From an uncultured virus (IMG/VR IMGVR_UViG_3300030117_007285) (Duplodnaviria > Heunggongvirae > Uroviricota > Caudoviricetes), in IMG/VR virus record IMGVR_UViG_3300030117_007285, positions 1 to 64,000 of that record: a stretch of 64,000 nucleotides of DNA, one strand, 5' to 3'. Positions 50,702 through 58,701 of this stretch are shown piece by piece (the first letter of the stretch is position 1; every line of letters starts with the position of its first letter). The notes below the pieces were generated by a model. It was not told the DNA's origin. It searched no databases and was given only the letters and a program-made list of their open reading frames with translations. A program made the position numbers and the translations under genes.

Positions 50702-51325
50702 ATGGCAGGATCAACATTTTGGAGTAGCACGGATTTAGAACCAAAAAGACAGTTTAAATTTTTGTTTGAAATTCCTGGACCACCAGAGTTACCTAATAGT
50801 AATATTGAAAGCTACTTAGTAAAGTCTGTTAACAAACCACAAGTTACAATCCAAACCGGTGCAACTGTTAATTTTATTCAGCATACCTTTAAGTACCCAG
50901 GTCGATTAACTTGGAATGATATTAGTGTTACTCTGATAGATACTATTAGAGTTGATGATACTTCTAGTCGATTAGCGGATATTATCAGGGCATCAGGCTA
51001 CATAATCCCTAATACATTTGCAAACTCTCAGTTTTCTTTTTCGAAAAAAAGCGCTACAAATGCTTTAAATAAGCCTAGACTTCAGCAAATCACTGCTGGA
51101 AATCTACTAACCGGTGAAAAACCAGAAATTGTTGAAGAGTGGACTCTTTGGAATGCTTGGATTAACAGCGTTAATTTTGGCGCAGGATTAGATTATAGCG
51201 CCGATGCAATTGTCAATGTAACTTTAGGCATCACATACGACTGGGCAGAATATACAACAATAGAACCAGGTGGAGAGCTTAATTACAACCAAAACCGAGG
51301 TTTCCAACAGAAGCCCGCCGACTAA
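50702..51325 (+). CDS. Tail tube protein (gp19-like)
   Basis: EPKRQFKF, KYPGRLTWNDISVTL, EEWTLWNAWINSVNFG..LDYS, ITYDWA; follows the sheath. Confidence 0.85.
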   Translation: MAGSTFWSSTDLEPKRQFKFLFEIPGPPELPNSNIESYLVKSVNKPQVTIQTGATVNFIQHTFKYPGRLTWNDISVTLIDTIRVDDTSSRLADIIRASGYIIPNTFANSQFSFSKKSATNALNKPRLQQITAGNLLTGEKPEIVEEWTLWNAWINSVNFGAGLDYSADAIVNVTLGITYDWAEYTTIEPGGELNYNQNRGFQQKPAD

Positions 51326-51345
51326 AGTAAGTATAGGAAAGTTAA

Positions 51346-52029
51346 ATGTCTCATTTTTGGTCCTCAACAGGGGATGGTTACATAGAACCGAAAAGACCAT
51401 ATCAGTTAATTGGGATTATCGATTTTATACAACCATTTTTAATTCAAAAAATGGATAAACCGACTGTCTCTTTGACTCCAACCAATGTAACGAAAATTTT
51501 AAAAAACGGAACATTAAAAAAAGAAAATCATTACAAAACAAATTATAGTTTAAATAGTATTACAATTAATGCGATTGATTCTTACGATGAAAGACCGTTA
51601 TCAGATTTAAATAATTCTGATAAATTGTATAGAATACTAACAGATGGTGGCTATACTCAAAATTCTAATGAAATTGGACCAGCTCGCGAGCAATTGAGAT
51701 TTCCGGCATTTAGAATTTTGGAAATTCTACCTCAACCAAAATCACGGCAGGCAGCGACAATTAACGCTGTAGCATCAGGAATAGGAAACGCAGCTGAAGC
51801 GTTAATTGGTGGAGGCGGATTATCTGGGATGTTAGGTGGTACGCTAGATGCAATAGATACAGCTTTTGAATTTTTAAATCCTAATGTTGCCGGTGTATAT
51901 ACCTTGTCTGATCCTGTTATTACTAGTGTGGGATTTGGAGAAGGTCTTAGTTATACTGGTGATGGATTAGTAAATATAACACTAACAATTGATTACAGCA
52001 ACTTTAAGTACGAAAAAAGCATAGTATAG
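51346..52029 (+). CDS. Second, divergent tail-tube-fold protein
   Basis: Shares FWSS..EPKR start and ITSVGFGEGLSY..VNITLTIDY end with the preceding tube gene. Confidence 0.65.
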   Translation: MSHFWSSTGDGYIEPKRPYQLIGIIDFIQPFLIQKMDKPTVSLTPTNVTKILKNGTLKKENHYKTNYSLNSITINAIDSYDERPLSDLNNSDKLYRILTDGGYTQNSNEIGPAREQLRFPAFRILEILPQPKSRQAATINAVASGIGNAAEALIGGGGLSGMLGGTLDAIDTAFEFLNPNVAGVYTLSDPVITSVGFGEGLSYTGDGLVNITLTIDYSNFKYEKSIV

Positions 52030-52039
52030 AGAGGTTATA

Positions 52040-52861
52040 ATGAGAAACAATGAGGATAGATTTAATCCTGTTAGTGCTCCTCAACAAGCACCAGCGACAG
52101 GGTTACAGTATGTTGTCCCGACAGAAGTTGTAGAACTGCCGAGTAAAGGGCTGTTCTATCCAGAGGGGCATCCACTCCATGAGAAAGGTTTTATTGAAAT
52201 TAAGCATATGACAACAAAGGAGGAGGATATATTAACATCCACTTCTTTAATTGAAAAAGGTATAGTATTGGATTATCTTTTAAAAAGCATTATAATAGAT
52301 AAAGAAATTGATCCTAAATCTTTATTACCTGGAGATCAAAATGCGATATATTTGAGTGCGAGACTAAATGCGTATGGCAGTGATTATTCTTTTAATTTTA
52401 CATGTGATGCATGCGGTAAATTAAATAAAGTTGATTATAATCTAGAAAATGTAGAAAATAAAAAATTACCAGAAGACAGTTCAATACAAAACGGATTGAT
52501 TAGTTTAATTCTAGAAAAATCAAACTTTACTGTAAAACTAAAACAGTTGAGTGCTAAAGATGCTGAGTTAATGGAAAAGCAAAATAAAAAAAATAAGTCG
52601 ATGGGTGTCGCCCGCGGCACTACCACTTCGTTACTCTTATCTATAATTTATTCAATAAATGACGAAATAAATGATGGCAGCTTGAAATTTATAAATGTTA
52701 TAGAAAGCTTACCATCAAAAGATGTTAGACAAATTAAAAAAACATATCTAGACACGAAACCGGATGTTGATTTCGCTGTAGAGTTAAAATGTTCATCATG
52801 TGGCAATTCAAAGGAGGGGAACGTGCCTATCACGGCGCGGTTTTTTTGGCCTGACGCATGA
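52040..52861 (+). CDS. Baseplate hub/tail assembly chaperone (T4 gp26-like), zinc-binding
   Basis: VELPSKG, MTTKEEDIL, GD..AI...AR..AYG, CDAC and CSSC; ends FFWPDA. Confidence 0.8.
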   Translation: MRNNEDRFNPVSAPQQAPATGLQYVVPTEVVELPSKGLFYPEGHPLHEKGFIEIKHMTTKEEDILTSTSLIEKGIVLDYLLKSIIIDKEIDPKSLLPGDQNAIYLSARLNAYGSDYSFNFTCDACGKLNKVDYNLENVENKKLPEDSSIQNGLISLILEKSNFTVKLKQLSAKDAELMEKQNKKNKSMGVARGTTTSLLLSIIYSINDEINDGSLKFINVIESLPSKDVRQIKKTYLDTKPDVDFAVELKCSSCGNSKEGNVPITARFFWPDA

Positions 52862-53030
52862 TTATATGAGAAGTGTTTATGAGGCATTCTTTCACCTAAA
52901 AAATGCTTATAATTGGTCGTTAGCTGAATTGTACAGTTTACCAGTGGCTCTTCGTAGATGGTTTATAGACATGTATGTTAAAAAAGCAGAAAAGGAAAAA
53001 GAAGAAAATAACGAATATTCAACTAATTAA
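52842..53030 (+). CDS. gp51-like/lambda gpT-like short chaperone segment in the +1 frame
   Basis: FFGLTHDYMRSVYEAFFHLKNAYNWSLAELYSLPVALRRWF; no SD before ATG 52866; overlaps upstream ORF at a T7 run. Confidence 0.65.
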   Translation, partial: FFGLTHDYMRSVYEAFFHLKNAYNWSLAELYSLPVALRRWFIDMYVKKAEKEKEENNEYSTN

Positions 53031-53031
53031 T
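53022..53031 (+). promoter_or_regulatory. Putative late-promoter motif before tape measure
   Basis: ACTAATTAAT, core ends 4 nt before ATG 53034. Confidence 0.55.
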
Positions 53032-53033
53032 AC

Positions 53034-55028
53034 ATGGCAAACGGACCCACAGAAGATCCACTAGGAGGTGAGACTGCTGGCACGGAAAAACCACAGCGCG
53101 ACGAGGCTCCACCCCCAAGGCGTGAGGGTGGCAATGTCGTCGGCGGCGATGCTAGGTTTGGTCCGATTGGTAACGCGGTATTTGACATGTCTCCAGAGGC
53201 AGTCAGTAAAATGTTTGACAGCACCATCATTGGATCTGCGCTAGCCACTGGTCTTACAGAACAAATACAAATTGAATTTGATAAAGAAGGTAGTTTAATA
53301 AAAAAGCTTGCCGGTGGAGGTGTAGGTGCCATTACAGAGGCCCTCCGTGGTCTAGCGATAGCGCAAGAGAAATATACAAATCAATTAATCAATAGCGCCC
53401 AGTCATTTAGAAGAGGCACAGGTGGTGGCGCTACCCCAGTGGAGCCTTTTGAACAGCTACAAACAGGTCGGGAGTTTGTCGGCGGGTCTTTAGCGGAACT
53501 AGGAATAAAGCCAGAAGACGTATTATCCAACTTAAAAGAGATCGGAAGCTCTGCAGACAGTTTAGCTCGTCTTCTAGACAAGAACACCACACCAAAAATA
53601 GCGACATTCCAACAGGCCCTTAAGGAGCTTGGAGTAGAAGGGGTCGGCTTAAACAAATTTCAAAATTTAGTTAAAGATCTAGAAAAAGACGACGCTCCAA
53701 AATTAGTAGAGAGATTTAAGCAATTAACAGCTGTTGCTCTTGGCTTATCAAAAGAAACCGGCCAAAATCTAAATAAATCTTTTCAAACTGTTTTTGAAGA
53801 GGCAAATAAATTAACCACCCAAGGTATATTTGATTTTGATAGATTACAAAAAGCTATAGTGTCAAACGCTAATGCTGCAACTAAACTTGGTATATCTGTA
53901 CCCGGATCGCTAAATAAAGTTCTACCTTCTTTTCGAGAAGTATTTGGTGTAGCCAAAAACTTAGGTGCTGCATTGAAAGGCTTCACGATAGATCCAAAAA
54001 GTTTCCTTAACCAAACGGGTGCTCAGAGATTAGAGTCGATCTTCCAGTCTTTCAGAAAGGCTCAAGAAGCAGGTACTTTTCAAGTAGAAGAAGCCGGCTT
54101 AGGTAGAGATCAGCAAGCTGCTTTTCTAACCAAAGCTCTGCAAGGCACCGGATTAGACCAAAGAGAGGTTCAGAGGCTACTTCAATTATTAGATCAAGGT
54201 ACAACAACGCTCACCGGCTCCGAATTTGAAGTTCCAACCGGAGACGAGGCACAGCAGGAAGTACAAAGAAGAGCAAAAGACACTAGATCTAGAGAACAAA
54301 TACAAGGGCAAATTGCACAGGACCAAGCACAAGAGGCAGCACTCGGTACCGCCGGCGGGCGCGCCCAAGCCGCAAATGTGTTACAACTAGTAATATCAGA
54401 TGTAGATAAAATTACAGAAGAGAGGCAAGAGGCGCTTAAGAAGTTTGGTGATGCAATATTAAAATCAACAACAGAATTTGCTAGAATAGCAACATTAGCT
54501 AATGCTTTTGAAGGAAAAGAAGGTGGCCCTGCAACATTTAGAGGTATTATAGCGTATTCTGTACTTGGTCCAGAGAATACGTTTGAAAACACAATAGGAC
54601 AAATAAGAGAGGTCGGTACAGAAGTAAATAAGTTGTTTGAAGTATTGGCTTCTCCTGGCGCATCAAATTTTGGAAAAGGTATACAAGATCTAGCGAACAA
54701 TCCAGCCATAAAAGATCTTAAAAATGAGACTGAAAAGCTAAGGGAGGCAGGCAAAGCGCAAGCAGAAGCCTTGAAGAAGAAATTTGATGCAGAAGTACTT
54801 CGATTACAAGGTATAATTCAAGAGATGGAAAAGAAAATAGAAATACTGCGAGGACAACTTGGACTCAGTGACGCGGGAACGTTAAACCCAGGCGCCTCCG
54901 GTCGTACACCGAGCACCGCGGACGCGGGAACGCTAAACCCAGGCGCCACGCGTGATGCAGAAGAGGACGCTCGCAGGGTAGGCGCCGCCGTCGCAGACGG
55001 CTTGAATCAGGCTTTTCGATCAGCATGA
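53034..55028 (+). CDS. Tape measure protein (putative)
   Basis: 664 aa, Ala/Gly/Gln-rich and helical; position after tube and chaperone genes. Confidence 0.7.
   Translation: MANGPTEDPLGGETAGTEKPQRDEAPPPRREGGNVVGGDARFGPIGNAVFDMSPEAVSKMFDSTIIGSALATGLTEQIQIEFDKEGSLIKKLAGGGVGAITEALRGLAIAQEKYTNQLINSAQSFRRGTGGGATPVEPFEQLQTGREFVGGSLAELGIKPEDVLSNLKEIGSSADSLARLLDKNTTPKIATFQQALKELGVEGVGLNKFQNLVKDLEKDDAPKLVERFKQLTAVALGLSKETGQNLNKSFQTVFEEANKLTTQGIFDFDRLQKAIVSNANAATKLGISVPGSLNKVLPSFREVFGVAKNLGAALKGFTIDPKSFLNQTGAQRLESIFQSFRKAQEAGTFQVEEAGLGRDQQAAFLTKALQGTGLDQREVQRLLQLLDQGTTTLTGSEFEVPTGDEAQQEVQRRAKDTRSREQIQGQIAQDQAQEAALGTAGGRAQAANVLQLVISDVDKITEERQEALKKFGDAILKSTTEFARIATLANAFEGKEGGPATFRGIIAYSVLGPENTFENTIGQIREVGTEVNKLFEVLASPGASNFGKGIQDLANNPAIKDLKNETEKLREAGKAQAEALKKKFDAEVLRLQGIIQEMEKKIEILRGQLGLSDAGTLNPGASGRTPSTADAGTLNPGATRDAEEDARRVGAAVADGLNQAFRSA
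54870..54947 (+). repeat. 27-bp direct repeat (54870-54896 and 54921-54947, one mismatch) encoding DAGTLNPGA twice
   Basis: GACGCGGGAACG(T/C)TAAACCCAGGCGCC, 51-nt period. Confidence 0.9.
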
Positions 55029-55044
55029 AGAGGGATATATATCA

Positions 55045-55857
55045 ATGGTAGATTTTTTAAAAGCAGGAAAAAACCTTTTGACATCTGTTAACAAAGGAAT
55101 AGTTAATTCCGGGTTAGATAACAATGTTGAACCTTTAGAGATTGAAGCAATTCATACGAAAAACAATCAAAGTACTTTAATTATATTAATCGAGCCGGCA
55201 GACCTAACTATAGACGATAACGTACGTATTGGAATGAGTGCCGGTAGATATGGTTATGGCAGAATGGATCCCGTTGCAAACTATACAAGCACCACTAGAT
55301 CAATTGAGATCGGATTTAAAATGATCAAAAGTGAGGTACTAAACGGCGTAGAGGCGGTTACAAACAATACCATAACTGCAAACTTGATGAAACAGCTGCT
55401 CTACCCAGCTTATATTGACACAGGCAACCAGAACACATCAGTTATTAAAACTGCTCCTTATTTTAAAATAAAATATGGTGACTTGATAGGTAATTTTGAC
55501 GGTGGTTCCTTATCCGGATTTTTCACATCTATTAATATATCGAACAGTCCCGGCAACTTAATCGGTGATAACCTTGGCATCGGCGTCGGTGGCGTAAAAA
55601 TACCAATTGAATACTCCGTGCGAATGACATTTAATGTGCTGCATGACCATGTTGTTGGATGGTATGATAACAAATTTGCTGGAGATGGAAGATTAAACTG
55701 GCCGTACAATACAGGACTATCCTCCAATATAACAGCTGGTGGACCAGGAGGCACCGGTGCCAACAACACGGCACCCGGCGGTGTACCCATTCCGGGCTCT
55801 CCTGATGCAGTTTCTGCTGGAGGATTTCAAGGTGGGGGGCCTGATTTAATATTTTAA
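55045..55857 (+). CDS. Putative baseplate tube-initiator (gp48/gp54-like) protein
   Basis: YGRMDPV.NY..T.RSI, LYP.Y, AP...IKYG.L motifs; lies between tape measure and LysM-like gene. Confidence 0.55.
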   Translation: MVDFLKAGKNLLTSVNKGIVNSGLDNNVEPLEIEAIHTKNNQSTLIILIEPADLTIDDNVRIGMSAGRYGYGRMDPVANYTSTTRSIEIGFKMIKSEVLNGVEAVTNNTITANLMKQLLYPAYIDTGNQNTSVIKTAPYFKIKYGDLIGNFDGGSLSGFFTSINISNSPGNLIGDNLGIGVGGVKIPIEYSVRMTFNVLHDHVVGWYDNKFAGDGRLNWPYNTGLSSNITAGGPGGTGANNTAPGGVPIPGSPDAVSAGGFQGGGPDLIF

Positions 55858-55868
55858 GGTGACATACT

Positions 55869-56207
55869 ATGAGTTCAAGATATAGAAAAAGAAACATATT
55901 GATTAATAATGATGACTCTTATAATCAACAATTTAAAAATAGAGGTGTAAATTCCATTGAACATTTTGCCACAGCGGAATTAAAATACCCAAAATCAACA
56001 GAGTTGGAAGGAGTCACCATACATACTGAGAACTACTCTGTTGGTGATCGCTATTATAAGTTTGCCCAAAAATATTATGGAGATCCAAATTATTGGTGGG
56101 TTATTGCTCATTATAATCAAAAGCCAACTGAGAATCTATTTAACATTGGGGATGTTGTTTACATACCCACACCTTTAACTAGAATTTTAGAAATACTAGA
56201 GGGTTAA
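55869..56207 (+). CDS. Baseplate wedge protein with LysM-like domain (gp53/P2 gpX-like)
   Basis: GDRYYKFAQKYYGDPNYWWVIAHYN...GDVVYIP. Confidence 0.8.
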   Translation: MSSRYRKRNILINNDDSYNQQFKNRGVNSIEHFATAELKYPKSTELEGVTIHTENYSVGDRYYKFAQKYYGDPNYWWVIAHYNQKPTENLFNIGDVVYIPTPLTRILEILEG

Positions 56208-56208
56208 T

Positions 56209-58680
56209 ATGGCAGCACCTACATTATCTGATTACATAAAAAGAAAAGCGCTTCAAGTTTCAAATATTCAAACTCTTATAAGCTATTACGGGGAGCTGTA
56301 TCAATATTATTCTGATCTCCTACCAGATAACAAGTATATACATTACCTAGAGGAAAATACCTTCACTGAGGGGTTTAGCACAATGCCTCCAGCCACTAGT
56401 AAATTCTTAGCGTTACGACCAGATCAGATGAATCTTTTACAACCTTATGTTAGAATTTTTAAAAAATTTAAGTTACCAGGTGGAAAAACTGAAAAATTAG
56501 AATTCCCATTCGAAAACAAAACCGATTTGACTTCTCTTGAAGATCCACAAACTTACATTGGCGAGCCTTTTCCTTTTGTAGCTCAGAGGTTCAATGGTCC
56601 AACTGCTTTGCTGTCTGGAATAAGTATTACAGAGGGCGGCATTGACGGTCACGCAGTAACCACAAGAGATACAGACTGGGTTAGAGTTAATTTTGATTTA
56701 TTTTTTCAAGATGCAAAACTTTTGTTTAAAAATTGGGGCACAAAAGATAAACCTTTAAGATACAAAGATTTGTTTTCGGTACCCGGCACAACTAATTCAT
56801 ATAGTATTGTTTTAGAAATTGGATATAATGCCCCTGACGGTGCTGATGGGGATGTTAAAGTATCATCACAATCAAGAGCAGTTTATGAATTATATACTTA
56901 TGGCATGCCAGCAAGCTATGACTACGAGGAAACTGGAGAACTCTCTTTAAAATTTGAGCTTCAAGGTAACTTTGAAAGAATCCATGATTCAATAAATTTA
57001 TTAGATCAAAAATACTATAAACAAGTAAAAAAAGTAAACAATATGATTGTTTTAGAGGACGATGCGAAAACTTCAGTCGAGGAATACGAAAAAGAAATAA
57101 AAAAACTAACTGATAAAGAAGCCGGCTTAAAAAAAGAATTACAACAAGAGAAAACTAAACCAAATAAAAAACCCACGCTTAAAAATTCTTTGTTAAAGAC
57201 ACAACAGAATATTAAACAAAAAAGAAATTTAGTTCAAATAGCTAAGTCATCTGGAGCAACTCCTGCGAGTTTTCCGTTTATCACGGCATTGTATCAGGCA
57301 GGTCTGATTTATTATTTTGAATTAGACAATGATACTTATAAAGATTACGTTAAAAAGATAGCCAAAGGCGAACCGGTTGATGTCTCTGATGTTACTTATT
57401 TACCTAAAAGAAAACAAAAAACTAGGCTAGAACCAATTGATTTTTTGAATAAAAATCCAAATACCAGTGCATACTTTAGTCAAACTTTAAGAATAAAAAA
57501 ATTTAATACTGATGACAAAGATGATTCTAGTGCGGAAAAAATTAAATATTTTTATTTTGGAGACTTGGTACAAGTCATATTAAATAATGCCAAAGGGACT
57601 GGTGTTGGTCAAGACCTAGACCAAATCGGCTCAAGTGAATTTGCTTATCTGTTTGGTCAAATAATGTGGATTAAAAATGAAAAAACAAAAATATTGTACA
57701 ATATCTTAAATACACCCATATCTCTAGATATGTTTTTATTTGAAATAAACAGAGAAGTTTATCAAAAAAATCTAAATTTTATGTCTTTAACTTATTTTTT
57801 TACAACGTTCATGAAAAGATTTTTTGACTTAACAATTTTTGCCTATGAAAAAGCAGTTTCAGGCCAACAAAATCAAAAGTATTTTGCAGGCACATCATAC
57901 GTGCTTGATAAGGATAAATTCAATTCTGGCTCAAAATTCAAGAGAAAATTATATGATTTTGTTCCCACGTCAGATACAAGAGATACGATTGCGGCAAGAT
58001 TGATAACAGCTATGCCGCTAGAAAGCACACTAACACCTCAAATAGCAAAAAAAAGAAATATACCTAAGTTTTACTTGGGCGGACCAGATAAAGGTCCTTT
58101 AAAAAGACTTAGTTTTTCAGTATCGCCCCTACAACTTCAAGCTGAATATCTTCTCGCAAAAAAAATGAGAGCGAACGCTGGTGTTAAAGGTAAAACAGTA
58201 AGTGACCCAGATTTTGATTCAATGTTGATTAGTTCTAGCACTAGATTGAGTCTAAGTTTACTTGGAAACGTGTTTTTTAAGATAGGTGATTATATTTTTG
58301 TGGATAGTCGATTTGTTGACGGCGGATTTTTTACCCAAGAACAAAACAATATATTTTTTAGTGGATATTTTGGAATATATTCAATATCTCATCGGTTTAC
58401 CGCCAGAGGGGAGTGGTCAACTCAAATCGATGCTGAATTTATTAGCCAATCTCTAGAAATTAACCCGTCTTACAAAGCGTTTGCTGGGGATGTACCAAGA
58501 CCTCAAAGTGTAGACGTCGCTGACGGAGCTAATCTTGGCAGACAAGAACTAATTGATATGTCAAAAACTGAATCCACTGTCGACAAAAAAGATAGTACCG
58601 CGATTGCAAAAGCGCAAGCTAGTTCTGCCGGGAGCGATGAACCAACATCACCGGCGCCGCCTTCGGTACCTAAAAAATAA
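56209..58680 (+). CDS. Putative baseplate hub protein (gp27/gpD-like)
   Basis: C-terminal LSLLGNVFFKIGDYIFVD..SGYFGIYSISHRF..WSTQI pattern; position in module. Confidence 0.55.
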   Translation: MAAPTLSDYIKRKALQVSNIQTLISYYGELYQYYSDLLPDNKYIHYLEENTFTEGFSTMPPATSKFLALRPDQMNLLQPYVRIFKKFKLPGGKTEKLEFPFENKTDLTSLEDPQTYIGEPFPFVAQRFNGPTALLSGISITEGGIDGHAVTTRDTDWVRVNFDLFFQDAKLLFKNWGTKDKPLRYKDLFSVPGTTNSYSIVLEIGYNAPDGADGDVKVSSQSRAVYELYTYGMPASYDYEETGELSLKFELQGNFERIHDSINLLDQKYYKQVKKVNNMIVLEDDAKTSVEEYEKEIKKLTDKEAGLKKELQQEKTKPNKKPTLKNSLLKTQQNIKQKRNLVQIAKSSGATPASFPFITALYQAGLIYYFELDNDTYKDYVKKIAKGEPVDVSDVTYLPKRKQKTRLEPIDFLNKNPNTSAYFSQTLRIKKFNTDDKDDSSAEKIKYFYFGDLVQVILNNAKGTGVGQDLDQIGSSEFAYLFGQIMWIKNEKTKILYNILNTPISLDMFLFEINREVYQKNLNFMSLTYFFTTFMKRFFDLTIFAYEKAVSGQQNQKYFAGTSYVLDKDKFNSGSKFKRKLYDFVPTSDTRDTIAARLITAMPLESTLTPQIAKKRNIPKFYLGGPDKGPLKRLSFSVSPLQLQAEYLLAKKMRANAGVKGKTVSDPDFDSMLISSSTRLSLSLLGNVFFKIGDYIFVDSRFVDGGFFTQEQNNIFFSGYFGIYSISHRFTARGEWSTQIDAEFISQSLEINPSYKAFAGDVPRPQSVDVADGANLGRQELIDMSKTESTVDKKDSTAIAKAQASSAGSDEPTSPAPPSVPKK

Positions 58681-58701
58681 TTATTTTATTCTATTTAATT
58701 T

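Noticed and set aside
54870..54947. 27-bp repeat pair as a mini-CRISPR array
   Set aside because: Only two copies, in frame within a coding region with a synonymous mismatch; no leader or cas genes
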